From positions 271,746,001 through 271,810,000 of the forward strand of contig OZ024743.1 in NCBI GenBank assembly GCA_964016885.1: a DNA stretch of 64,000 nucleotides. The letters run 5' to 3'. The DNA comes from Eledone cirrhosa. Taxonomy: Eukaryota. Below, piece by piece: positions 13,238-26,619 of this stretch. The position numbers and the translations under genes are program-made. The notes beneath the pieces are model-generated. The model worked only from the letters and a program-made list of their open reading frames with translations, did no database searches and was not told the DNA's origin. How positions within the stretch are numbered: position 1 is the first letter of the stretch; each line of letters starts with the position of its first letter.

Positions 13238-13543
13238 TCTAAATATTAATACTGGAGCTTGAGTGAGATTTATCACCATTTTTATTTTTACCTCTCATCT
13301 TTGTAGAAACACATGTAAGATAAATGTAATGTTTTAACTGTTTTATCTTGGATATACATCCATTATATATAAATATAATATATATATATATATGGGGTGG
13401 GGGTTATATGTAATACTGGTAAAACTCACCTTGGTCTGTATAATTTGTACCTCCAATGTTATCTATTATTATTATGATGTATATCTGGAATAGAAAAAGT
13501 TGTTTACAGTTAAATTGTCACACACACACACACACACACATGC

Positions 13544-13787
13544 ATGAAGAATGTTAAATTGCCAAGATAACAAAAGAATCTTACCTTAGTAAACGATCCC
13601 AAGTATTTTGGGGTTTAAAAACCCATTATCAAGGGAGTAACTCTATGAGAGACTTAAAAAATCAATCAGATAGACTCTCATTGGGTTACACCCTTGATAA
13701 TGGGTTTTTAAACCCGAAAATATTTAGAATCGTTAAATTTGCTAAGGTAAGAGTCTTTTGTTATCTAAGCAATTTAACATTCTTCAT
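13544..13787. mobile_element. Head-to-head inverted PLE pseudo-LTR pair with variant hammerhead motif
   Basis: Arms 13544-13651 / 13675-13787; right arm ccc-TTGATAA-t-gggttt-tt-aaaccc-GAAA-ATAT-TT; left arm keeps stem I tccc/ggga. Confidence 0.6.
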
Positions 13788-13829
13788 ACGCATTGTTTTG
13801 GTTTTCAAAATTTAAATTTGTGTTATAAA

Positions 13830-14266
13830 GAAGATCTGGGATGAGTTGATAAAAGCCGACCTTACCCAATTGCACCTCTCAAAGGCGATGACACACGACC
13901 ATGACCTCTGGCGTCACACACTAATACAGAAGACCCCCCCCCCCCACGGGTACAAGCCAAAGCTGAAGCATATGGACAATATGCCCCTATCCTCTCCCAC
14001 TGCAAAGTGGTCATGGAAGTGCTATGGCACAAAAGCACCCAGTCCACACTGTAAAGTGGACGTGTAGGCGCCACAGGAAAAGAGCACCCAGCACTCACTG
14101 TAAATGAGGTTGGTGTTAAAAAGGGCATCCAGCTGTAGAAATCAAGCCAGAATCAGTTCCCGTATGAGCAAGACAAGGTCAGCCGACTGGGCACTGCCCA
14201 CACAACAGGACAACCCGTCTAAGCTATGCTAGCGTGGAAGAATAGACATAAAACGGTGATGATGAT
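13830..14266 (+). mobile_element. RTE 3' end fragment
   Basis: ORF 13846..14067 IKADLTQLHLSKAM; 3' UTR repeats; (GAT) tail. Confidence 0.9.
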
Positions 14267-14499
14267 ATATGCTGTGAATAGATCAACAATAACAAAAAAT
14301 GGTTGAAGGGTTTCTGGAATCTGCTTTAATTGATGTCAGCTAGTAAGGCCTCTATTTGTATTTAGATCAGGGTTGCCATTCCTCTCAATCACTCTTTTCC
14401 ACGTCAGGTGGTCAGTGCCAATATGTGCATTGAAGTCCCCCATCAGGATATATGACTCACTCTTAACTACTCAGTCATGTCTTAATGGGTTTGATGAGT

Positions 14500-14700
14500 T
14501 CCACCTCATCAAATCTGACCAAGGAAACAATGTTTCCATTGTCTTTCCATTACTGATACTATCTACCAGTCACAACTCTTGGCAGAAAGAGCAACATGAA
14601 ATAAAGTGGCTTGCTTAAGGACACAACACATCATCCGGTTCAGGAATTGAACTCACAACCTCATGATTACGAATCCAACTTTCTAACCCCTAAGCCATGT
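14500..14700 (-). mobile_element. tRNA-derived SINE family B (CORE-like); other copies ~23640-23785(-), 25320-25530(+), 60070-60255(-)
   Basis: Sense strand has A/B-box-like head followed by gtgttgtgtccttRRgcaagNcacttt, a CORE-domain-like sequence. Confidence 0.7.
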
Positions 14701-14869
14701 GTAATGTCTGTTAATTTCATTGCAGAACCTCGTTTTGGATAATGAAGACAATCCTGGTGAAAGCTGTCGACCATTGCTGGGATTAAGCTTGATGAGGCCC
14801 CTAACTGTATAAAGCTTGTAAGAAACTACCCCAGAAAGTCACACACAAAAAAACTCCAAAATATATTAT

Positions 14870-15310
14870 CATTATCATCATCATCATCATCATCACTTTA
14901 CATCTATCTTATATGCTGGCATGGGTTAGACAGGTTGTCTCATTCTGAGACTAGACATGTAGGATGACCATGCACTGCTCAAGCATTCCTGTCCTTTGTC
15001 AGGCAAACCACTTTACAAGATGTACAGAATGTATTTTTATTGTGGCATCAGCACTACCACTTTACACAGTGCAAAGATGTATTTTATGGTGACACTAGCA
15101 TTACCACTTACAGAGTGTAATGGGTGCATTTTTATCATGTCACCAATACTACCATTTTACATAATGCACTTGGTGCATTTTACAATGGCACCAGCACTAC
15201 CACTTTATAGAGTGCATTAGGTGTATTTTACCATGACACTAACATTACCACTTTACAGAGCATACTGGGTGCATTTTATTTTTGGACCAGCTCTTCTACT
15301 TTACAGAGAG
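14870..15310 (-). repeat. RTE 3' tail with expanded ~38-bp minisatellite
   Basis: Repeated taccactttacagagtg..gggtgcatttt..atggcaccagcac unit next to a (CAT)n tail. Confidence 0.7.
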
Positions 15311-16439
15311 AGCTTAGTGGATTTTGAGCCAATTTTGAGACTCCAACAGATTATAAAGCCCTTCCGTCAGTTTCGACAATGAGTGTTCCAGTTAGTCAAT
15401 TAATAGAAAAACCTGCACATGAAATGAATGTGTAAGTGACTGAGCATTCCCCAGACATGTATACCCTTAACATAACTCACAGGGAGATTCAGCATGGCAG
15501 AGTATGTGACATGGCTAGCTCTTTGAATTACAGCTACAACCTATCTGACCGGCTTCCAAACAGTTTCAATCTACTTACTTTCACTTACAAGTCCTTGGTC
15601 TAACTTAAGTTATGGTAAATGACTCTTGCCCAAGATGAAACACAATAGTATTGAACCCAAGATCTAATGATTGCCAAGCGAACTTCTTAACCATCTGGTC
15701 ATATTGTGTCTAAACACTGCCTTCAACCAACTAAATCACTCTTTATTCAGGCCATATTTTTTGTTGTTTACATAATATATTAACACTAATTGATGTGTGC
15801 ATGTATGTGTGTTTGTGTGTGCATGAATGTATGTATTTGTGTGAGCAGTTCTATGTGTGCAAGTGAATTGGATTTTTTGTGAACAAGCATGTTTGTATGT
15901 ATGTATAAATAAAAAGTAATGTATGTATTCATTTGAATGTATATGTGTGAGTGCTTCTGCATGTGTGTGTGTTTGTATGTGAATGCATGCATGCTTGTAT
16001 GTATGTTGTGCATGTGGTGTGTATATGGTGTGTGTGTGTGTGTATAAGTGAGTCAGATTTTTTGCAATTGTGCATGTTTATATGTATATATAATTACTAT
16101 TGAATGTGTGTATGCATTTGAATGTATGTGTGTGAATGCACCCATGCTTATGTGTGCATATGTATATGTGTGTGTATGTGTGTGTTAGCGCATATGCGTG
16201 TTAAAAAATAGTCTGCATGCAAATATGTGTGCTTTATAACTTGAAGTTTATAATGTTATCAAATACAAGACAAATTGCTATATAAGAAAGCCAGTATAAA
16301 AAGTATATGTTAACAAGTCTATGGCCACTGTAAACATTGTAAAACAAACTGTGAACAAATAAATCACACTCGCAACAGAAATATGACAAAACATACAACA
16401 CTTCTATTATGACAGTAAAGCTTTTATTTAACCCTTTCA

Positions 16440-16530
16440 TTATAATAATAATAGTGAAATTATTGTGTAAAGTGCTCAGGTGCACTACAACTCGTCAAAG
16501 GTGCATGTATAGTACATAGAATAAGGCATT
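16440..16530 (-). mobile_element. Short CR1-type LINE 3' end
   Basis: Reverse complement matches 63953-64000 (ttattctatgtactatacatgcacctttga.gagttgtagtgcacctg). Confidence 0.75.
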
Positions 16531-16555
16531 TCCTCGCAGCAACTTATTGTAATTC

Positions 16556-16957
16556 TTATAAATGATAATAATTGTTTCTACTTTTGACACAAGGCCAGCA
16601 ATTGTCCAGTACATTACTGGTACTTTATTTTATCGACCCCGTAAGGATGAAAGGCAAACTTAACCTCGGCGGGATTTGAACTCGGACCGTAAAGGGACAT
16701 AACTATGCTGAAAAGCATGGCGCCCGACTCTCTACTGATACTGCCAATCCACCGCCTTATAAATAATAATTGTTTCTACTTTTGGCACAAGGCCAGCAAT
16801 TACCCAGTGTATTATTGGTACTTTATTTTATCGACACCGTATGGATGAAAGGCAAAGTTAACCTCGGCGGGATTTGAACTCAGAATGGCAAGGGCCATAA
16901 CTCTATGCATCAAAGCATGGCGTCCAACCCTCTACCGATACTGCCAATCCACCGCCC
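16556..16957 (-). mobile_element. Tandem pair of SINE family A copies
   Basis: Two full ~190-bp units, each preceded by cttataaat(g/a)ataat. Confidence 0.9.
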
Positions 16958-18617
16958 TTTATTTAACCCTTTAATTATTATATTTCTAATGAACGACACT
17001 GCCTATGATTTTTCTTACCACATTTCTTATAAATTACACTCCATATGAATTTTGTTACAATATTTCTTATGAAAGACACTGCCTATGAACTTCAAACAGT
17101 TTTGAAAATAATCAAGAATTTCGAAGGATTTAGTAAAATAACTAACTTTCTTATTATTAAGTTAGTGTTTTAAGGTGGTGAATTGGCAGAATTAGTAGAG
17201 TATTGGACAAATTCTTTGCAGTATTTATTTACAACTTTCTATATTCTGAGTTCAAATCCTACCAAAGTCAATTTATCTATTTCTCCTTCCAGGGTCAAGA
17301 AAAAATAGTACTGGTTAAGGACAGGGATTGATATATTTGACTTTCCCTTTCTCACTAAATTGGGCCAATGTTAGAAAGAAGTGTTAAGTTTGTGTTTGGA
17401 ACATAACTTAAGAAAGGTTTTTATAAAAGATTATGATAGCATATTTTGAAATGATATATAAACACTTTAAAACAAACAGTTATAATTTGAGAGATCCAAC
17501 TCTGATACTATGGGCATGTGGTTAGAATCTCTTAGAAAAGAATCGCTGGACAGATTTTACAAGCAAACCCAACTGGCAGGAGACCCAGGGTAGACCCTGA
17601 GCAAGATGGTTGGATAACATCCATGATCTTGGCTGGTCACACTTGGGGATCCAGCTGGATCAGTTGAAGAAGCTGGAAAGAGTGTTTGAGGACACTTCCC
17701 CAATGACCCTCTCAGGAATATGTCAGTGAAGAAGAAGTTATGTATTATAGAAGCAGGGGCAATTTTAGTCAGTTTGGGTATCAAAAGTGTTCTTTTGATC
17801 CCAGAAGAATAATAAAAGAATGTATATTTTGTTATAATTGATTCCAGCCTGTTGGGAGCGAGACATTTGGGGGAGTTGAGCTGAGCTGCTAGCAATAAGG
17901 TTTTCTCATTGTTAATGGCTCATTTTATTGAAGTATTGGTGATGTTCATAATGAATGTTTGGCTATTTAAGCACCTTAGCCTCGCTATCACCCAAACTTA
18001 TTGAAGTATCAGGTGTAAGTCTTGTGAAAATGCTTGGTTATTCCTTGCTATTATCTGTTGCAATGCTGTGTCTTGGCTTAACTATAAAATTATTAGAAAT
18101 AAACTCCAGCATCCCTGTTATAGTGTAATTTAAGTATGTACAGCTTCTCCCATAGTTGTCTTATCTTTTATTTTTCTCAGATTAATCTCTATTGATTTGG
18201 TTCTTTTGAAAATCGCATTTATTATATCAACTATATTAGGGAAAATGAATATGATTAAGTAAAATAGCAGAGAATATACTACTGTATATAGGGTGTGTAA
18301 AAATTGGTGACAATAGGTGTGGTCATATAAATACAAAAATCGTCAGGTTAGATTAATGGTGTTGTTATTATTAGTGTTCATTGGAGACAGTATTGCTATA
18401 GCTAATCAAACCCCCCCCCTCTCTGTTCTAAATGACACTATCTTTTTGACCAAAGTTTATATCAGAACTAATTTATTATCCATTATATCTGAAGTCATGG
18501 GATATATATACACCCCCCCCCCCCACACCACCCCACACATATATATATAAATCCAACTCTTGCTAGTAGAGTAAGCAGCCATTAAAATGACAACCGATGA
18601 TGATGATGATGATGATG

Positions 18618-18672
<55 letters not shown>

Positions 18673-18807
18673 TAAAGTTAGTCCTTCATCAGTGATCTTC
18701 CAACCATCATTGGTATTTCATCATATATATATATGAGTCCTTGATTCAGTACATTTTTTTGTGTGCTTATCATAAAATGCCATAAAACAATTATCCTCAT
18801 TATCATC

Positions 18808-18947
18808 ATCGTTTTACCTCCATTTTCCATGCTGGTATGGATTGGACTAAACATATGTATGTATGTATGTGTGTGTGTATGTATGTATGTATGTATGTTC
18901 TTCTGGTTTTACCTCCATTTTCCATGCTGGTATGGATTGGACTAAAC

Positions 18948-18978
<31 letters not shown>

Positions 18979-20070
18979 TGTATGTATGTATGTATGTATG
19001 TATGTATGTATGCATGTTCTTCTGGTTTTATAATTTCACAAAGTTTTTACCAATAGAGAGAGAGAGTCGGTTTCTAACATAGACACAATACTCTCTCATT
19101 GGAATTTACACAACATCAACTAGGTAGATATGTATGTATGCATGTGTAGATATGGATGTTATTGTATGTGTGGATGTGTATGTTTTGAATTGTATGTGTG
19201 CATGTGTATATGCTTTGTATCTGTACATGTGTATATGCAGTTATTAGATGCAACATTTTTGGAATGTTTTACATATTTTTTTTATGTATGTATGTGTGTA
19301 TGTATGTATGTATGTATGTATGTATGTATGTATGTATGTATGTGTGTATGTATGTGTGCGTTCATGTTTGTATGTATGTATGTATGTATGCATATGTGTA
19401 TGTATGTATGTATGTATGTATGTTCTTCTGGTTTTATAATTTCACAAAGTTTTTACCAATAGAGAGAGAGAGTCGGTTTCTAACATAGACACAATACTCT
19501 CTCATTGGAATTTACACAACATCAACTAGGTAGATATGTATGTATGCATGCATGTGTAGATATGGATGTTATTGTATGTGTGGATGTGTATGTTTTGAGT
19601 TGTATGTGTGCATGTGTATATGCTTTGTATCTGTACATGTGTATATGCAGTTATTAGATGCAAAATTTTTGGAATGTTTTACATACTTTTACTGTTCCAT
19701 TAATGGATTGTACTTGTCGTTTCCTAACTAGTTGTATGTATGTATGTATATGTATGTATGTATGTAGGTTTTATTATTTCATAAAGTTTCACCAATAGAG
19801 AGAGTCAGTTTCTAACATAGAAACAAAACTTTTTCATTAGAATTTAGACAACTCAGAAAATATGTATGTATATCTGTATGTGTGTGTGTGCGTGTGCAAG
19901 TATGGATGTTATTGCATGTGTGGATCAATGTATTTTGAGTTATGTGTCCACACATGCATTTGTTTCTGTTTCTATACATGTGTATGTGCAGTCATTACAT
20001 GCTAATTTTCTGAAATGTTTCACATATTTTTACAGTTCCGTCAATGAATTGTACTCGCAACTTTCTAACT
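18808..20070. repeat. Local tandem duplications interleaved with (TATG)n
   Basis: gttttacctccattttccatgctggtatggattggactaaacat x2, then a ~350-410-bp unit (ttcacaaagtttttaccaatagagagag..) x3. Confidence 0.85.
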
Positions 20071-20300
20071 AGCCATGTTCTTTCTGGTTCTCTGAAGCCC
20101 AATTCTCGAAATTTGTACTGAGCCAGTATGTAGCAGATAACAGAGCCCAATGATCATCACAGGTACAACTCTAAAGCTATAGTCAGGGTGAAGTATCTGC
20201 AGACTTCTCATTAGTTCAGCATAAATGTTCTCCTTTAACATTATATTGACATCTGCTGGGGAGCTGACTTCCACTACTGCGCACACCTTCTTTTCTCTTC
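20070..20300 (-). mobile_element. R4/Dong-like RLE fragment
   Basis: VVEVSSPADVN..KENIYAELMRSLQILHPDYSFRVVPVMI, homologous to 7689..8201. Confidence 0.75.
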
Positions 20301-20316
20301 CCCATATATATACCAG

Positions 20317-20379
<63 letters not shown>

Positions 20380-22312
20380 TGGGAAATCAGTTAGCTCAAT
20401 GGTTAGAGCACTCAACAGGAACTTGAAAGATGTGGAGTTTAATTCTCTGTAAGGTGTTAGTGCTAGAATCACAATAAAATGCTCCCAGGAGCTGTTGTTA
20501 CAAAAGGTATATAGCATAGAAAGGAAACCAAAAACAGAACATGTGAGAAAGATATGGTCACCTGACCATTCTAGGCTCAGTACCTCACTATCTGTTTAAC
20601 CTACGCATACTTGAAAAATAGATGTTAAATAGTGATAACGATGAAGCTGAGTGAATCAAAGCACTAACATTTGTTTATTCTTTGAAATATCTATCATTAT
20701 AAATTAGTTTGTTTCACTGCTTGCTCCTGTGTGAGATTTTTCTGTTGTTTATAATTAGAGTCTTTCTTAAGATTGCAGTGAAATTGTTCGTGCCTAATTT
20801 CCTATTTGGATTATCTAACAGGGTTTTCCTGTTTTGTTTACTCTAATTACAAACAACAGAAATTAGACACATAATACTACTGAAGCAATTTGTAGTAACT
20901 TAAGAAATCCATTGTTAATCAGCCGCCAAGTATCTGACAGCATACAACAACTTACATGCACTGCATATATATGTGTATGTATGGACTTGTAACTCCTGAT
21001 CGAGTCATAGAAGTGTTGTCATGGCATAGAGCATGTCTTGGGCATTTAAACCTAGCAATGCCTCTTCCTGTTCCAGGTTGATTTCTTCCAGAGAGAGAGA
21101 ATTGATTCCAGTTCTGTATAGATCTTAAAAGTTGACCTCAGCTGGATTTGAACTCAGAAAACACAGATAGCTGGAACAAATACCACAAAACATTTTATCT
21201 GATGTTCTAACTCTGCCAATTCTCCACTATTCTGCATATAACAAACTTAACAAATCATATCACCAACAGCAATAGAGCATAACATACAGTACAACTCTTT
21301 TTATGGGATATAATGCCTTTTCTGTGCTAGAACCATGATATAAAAGCACCCAGTCAAGGTGGAAGTGTTGGAACCACAATAAAATGTTCCTCGTAGATCC
21401 AACCACAGAAATCTAGCCAAAAAATGGGGCATATGAGCAAGACATCAGAGAGGTCAGTAGTTCTGTTCAATTCTTGCTAGCTGCAACAATGAACGTTAAA
21501 TGATGATCATGATAATATAATCAATCTGTGTTGGTTTGTATGAAATCATATTTGACAATATATAGAGAGCATGGGAAGAAAAAGTCAAAGTGCGATAGAG
21601 ATAGATTTAACATATGGGTGGGAGGAGAAATATACATACTGAGTGAAGTAGCAAATAAAGAGAGAGTGAGAAAGAGAGAGAGAGTGAAAGAGGGGCGAGA
21701 GGGAGAGAGATGGAGAGAGAAATGGAGAGAGAGAGGTGAATGAATGCCACAGTAAAGCATGTGTATACATGTCCACCCACCCACACACAAAAGTAAATAT
21801 CATCTGCAGAGACAACCACAAAGATGATAGTATTTGTATGAAGTTTAGGTTATGCTTTTTCAATCTATCTTCAATCATTTTGACAAATATAATATTCATA
21901 TATATTCTTTTTCTCAAATTATTGCTTTCTTTAATATTATATTTTATAGTGCTTAACCTTCAGCATACCGTGGGTGACTAAATGTGCCATGTGAGTAATC
22001 TCCCCTTAATAGATATTGCAGTGTCAAGCGAAACAACATAAAAATTTCTAGCATGCTAAATTTCTAGTATGAGAAAAACTATGAATTGTTTAAACCAAAT
22101 TCAAGTTTAAAGAATTTTTCATTCATTCATTTTTTAAATTTAAATTTAATATATTTATTTATTTACCTATTGTTATATATATATTTATTTATCCATTTTT
22201 ATTTATTTACAATACTGTTACCCACAGTGAAAAATGTGTATGATACTTTAAAAAAATTTGCTGTCATGTGATGTGTACAAACTATATCAAATATTCATAT
22301 TATAAAAGTGAA

Positions 22313-22521
22313 TTAATCCTTTAGCATTTAAACCGGCCAAATCCGGCCAGAGTTTGTTCACCTCTTTCTGTTAAAACCATCCAACATCAAGGTATTGTTC
22401 TCAAAATAAATTATACCAAAATCTCATAGATTCGATATAATTGAGATAATTATGTGAGATAAAGCCTTTACTGCAAAAATACAATAGTAAATATAGAGTA
22501 ATTTGAATGCTAAAGGGTTAA
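22313..22521 (+). mobile_element. piggyBac-type MITE; copies at 45936-46153(-) and 60599-60826(+)
   Basis: TTAA-flanked TIRs ttaa(c/t)cctttagcatt..aatgctaaagggttaa; shared internal caaaatctcatagattcgata. Confidence 0.8.
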
Positions 22522-22735
22522 AACAAAATTTATTTCAATCTTATTAAACCATAAAACAACTCAAATATGCTTTATACAGGCTAAAATCCATATTTGCAGA
22601 GCATTACTTATTCAAATTATTATCCAGGTACAATACAAAGTATATTATAATTAAGATTGGTAACGTAGCAAGAAAAAATATAATTTTACCTGCATAATTG
22701 TCCATACTGTGGTTTCACAATGATTACTACACTAT

Positions 22736-22776
<41 letters not shown>

Positions 22777-23792
22777 CCATATAATCCATAAACATTTCAA
22801 TTTACAAACCACATGAAACCACACTAGCAAGACTTTCTTGAAAAGTACAAAACAACACAATGACAGCATCACATTAATAATTAAAATCTTTACTGTAATA
22901 CTGCACATTTTCACAATGCTTCCAATAAATATACTATAAAGATTTGAATAAACAAATTCGTATTTTAGATATTTTCTGCTAAATTACGTTCTTATATTGT
23001 TTGTTGTTTTTTTCTTATCGCTACAATTCTTTCTTATTAGGTTGTTTAATACTCTTGGTATTAAATATGGGAACCAAATCAATAAAGTACTGAGTTCTAA
23101 TCAAACACCAAAGTAATTTCATTGACTATTTGCCTTCTCTAAATTGTTTGGTCATGCACCAATGTCAGAAACCACATTAGATTTTAATGATTTTGCTTCA
23201 TTTTGTAATTGATTTTCTTTGGCTCAAACACATTACGGTTAATTGGTTACGAAGCAACAGATTTCAGTTCCCAACTGAGATTACTTCAACTATGGTGTTG
23301 CATATGACAGTGATTGCTATCAAAGATGTAGGCATCACTATTTCCCACCCCTTTAACACCTGACAAATTATATCTGTATAAGAAATCTTTATATATTTAA
23401 GTGTAACATGGATGTAAAATGACATTGAAGATATATATCATCCTCATCATCATCATCATCATCATTTTACGTCCGCTTTTCCCTGCTTGCACGGGTGGGA
23501 CGGGAACTGATTCTGGCTTGATTTCTACAGCTGGATGCCCTTCCTAACACCAACCTCATTTACAGTGAGTGGTGGGTGCTTTTTTGCCGTGGCACCTCCA
23601 TGACCACTTTGCAGTGGAATGATAGGGACCCCAGTCCTATCATCTCATTTCTACAGCTGAGTAAACTGGAGCAATGTGAAATAAAGTGTCTTGCTCAAGG
23701 AAACAACACACCACCTGGTCTGAGAATTGAACTCACAACCTTTCGATTGCAAGGCCAATGCTCTAACCACTAAGCCATGTGCCTTCACTATA

Positions 23793-24135
<343 letters not shown>

Positions 24136-24344
24136 AAGATAGAGTACCCTAGTGTCAAGCTTAAACTGTTTTAATGGCAGAAGAATATATGTTTATAAAT
24201 ATGTATGTGTGTATATATATTTGAGGGGATGTCATCTGCCAGGTTTAAAGTGCCCAAAACTTACAATATTCCACAATGGTGCCCCTATGACTCCATGACT
24301 CCATCATGAGTTACAGGCTCATACAAATATATAAATGCATACAT

Positions 24345-24670
24345 ATATACATACATGATGGCTGCAATTCGATTTCGAGTAATGCCATCACTTGATACTT
24401 AAGCATGAGCATCTCGGACATGGCTTTTTAGTCCTGCAAGGGACTTGCCTATTGCCAGCAATGTCATGCATCACAAAAAAATGTCACATATCAAGCGATG
24501 TCTATGTTTGAAGCTTTTTTAAGTGAGGAAAAGCTTTGCATGGGGTCAATCCCGCTCTCTGAACATCGACTGCAATTGCACAAAAAGAAGAACTGGTCTA
24601 CATCATTGGATGCAAATGAAGTCTCAAGTTTTATACCAGAGTGACCTTCTCCTAGAGAGATGTCTTAATA
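24345..24670 (-). mobile_element. RTE/BovB-related 3' end fragment
   Basis: Reverse complement ends ctcgaaatcgaattgcagccatc+atgtatgta, as at 8850-8890. Confidence 0.6.
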
Positions 24671-24772
24671 AAGACTAGAAGTCTATCACTCCACAAAAAG
24701 AAAATACATACATACATGCATACATACGTACATGCACACACACACTCACACATGCACACACACTCACGCACT

Positions 24773-24911
<139 letters not shown>

Positions 24912-24993
24912 GAAAGTAATAACAAAAGTAACAAAACAAACGGCACAGTACGAGGAAGAAATATATTAGTTTAACGCTTGAAATAGCAAGAAA

Positions 24994-25036
24994 AGAGTCT
25001 TAACATTTCGGACACTAGTCCTTTATCAGAGTTAAA
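24994..25036 (-). ncRNA. Degenerate minimal hammerhead-like motif in a probable PLE pseudo-LTR remnant
   Basis: Minus strand CTGATAA-a-ggac-tagt-gtcc-GAAA-tgtt; stem II is clear, stems I/III are poor. Confidence 0.4.
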
Positions 25037-26619
25037 AATAGAAGATAGAAAGTAAAGAGTGATGAGAGGAAGTAACGGGGAAAAAGAGAAAAAAAAATTG
25101 TGGAGAAAAAAAACACAGCCATCCTGGATATACATATATGTGTGCGTATATCATCATCATCATTGTTTTAAGTGTGGAAAAATGATCGGAAAAATGATGA
25201 TGATGATATATGCACACATGCAACAATTATAAAATTATTCATTCTGTCAGATTAAAGATAAAATAATCTTTAAATATACTTCTGTGCATTTTCACCTTCA
25301 CTTTATATATATATATGTGAAAGCACATGGCTGAGAGGTTAGAGAATTGAATTTGCTATTGTGAGATTGTGAGTTTGATTGCCAGACCAGGCGATGCGTT
25401 ATGTCCTTGGGCAAGACGCTTTAGTTCATGTTGCTCCTTCTACCTGGAGTTGTGACCATTAGATAGTATAAACAATTGGAAAGACCAATGGAAACATTGT
25501 TTCCTTAGTTCGATTTGACGAAAGTCGATCGACTGTCGATATATATATAAACTTAAGAAAATTAACAAAGAGAGGTCAAGACATCGAATGGAAATAAAGG
25601 AAAACGAAAAACAATTTTTTAAGGAGAAACTTTAAAAAATTTCTTTTTAAAAATCAAAATACACACGAAGGACACAGAAACCCAGAGTCATCGGCTGTTG
25701 AGATGGACTTTAGCAGTTTAGACTCTTACCAATGGTACTACTGGTCCACCCAGGGTCACAGCATCTGACACAAGCCAAATGTTGTCCAGTGGAGTAAGAG
25801 ACAAGACAAAACATTAACTTATAGCAATTAAGCTACAACAAGTACACACAGAATTTTATGTGACATCAAAGAAAAGGTGTGGTGCCTCTTATAGCACGAG
25901 TATCTCGCAAATGAAACAAAGGACAAAAAGGAAGAAAAGAGAAATATATACATCGGCCAGGAGATCATATCTTCCTCAAATGTCTTCTTTGTTTTTGGCA
26001 TGATTTTTAAGGCTAGATGCCATTCCTAATACCATCCACACTTTACAGAGTGTACTGGATGCATTTTATTATGACACATGCAATAGGGAGATTTATTCAT
26101 GCTCTTGACTTGGGGAGACTGAAAAGTCTTCTCTACCACTCTGGTTTGGTTTCTATTGCTGGATGCCCTTCTTAATGCTCACAGCTCAACAATAAGTGTA
26201 TGTGTACACAGACACACATGCATATACACACACACATACACTTATATACATACACACACACAAAGGAAAATGTATGTTTAATAATTATTAATGTGATACG
26301 TAGATTGGCAGTATCGGTAGAGGGTCGGACGCCATGCTTTGAAGCATGGAGTTACGGCCCTTGCCATTCTGAGTTCAAATCCCACCGAGGTTAACTTTGC
26401 CTTTCATCCTTACGGAGTCGATAAAATAAAGTACTGGGTAATTTTGCTGGCCTTGTGCCAAAAGTAGAAACAATTATTGTAATTCTACTAATCAGTAGTT
26501 ATATGAATTTTAGGAAGTTTATCTCAATTTATTTTAATCTATCCCATTCTGTTTTATTTTATGAGCTGTCAACGGCGCATGACATTAGACACCAACATAG
26601 TCATTATATATTTATATAA

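Noticed and set aside
14735-14830. TGAAGA..GAAAGCTGTC and TTGATGAGGCC motifs
   Set aside because: Stems do not pair convincingly
15000-15310. Regular ~38-bp periodicity resembling a CRISPR array (also 44660-45185)
   Set aside because: No unique spacers, no cas genes, eukaryotic context; derived from the RTE 3' UTR
17800-18480. Possible coding remnant (LNSPKCLAPNRL, IFPNIVDII) on the minus strand
   Set aside because: Too degraded to classify; perhaps an old LINE fragment
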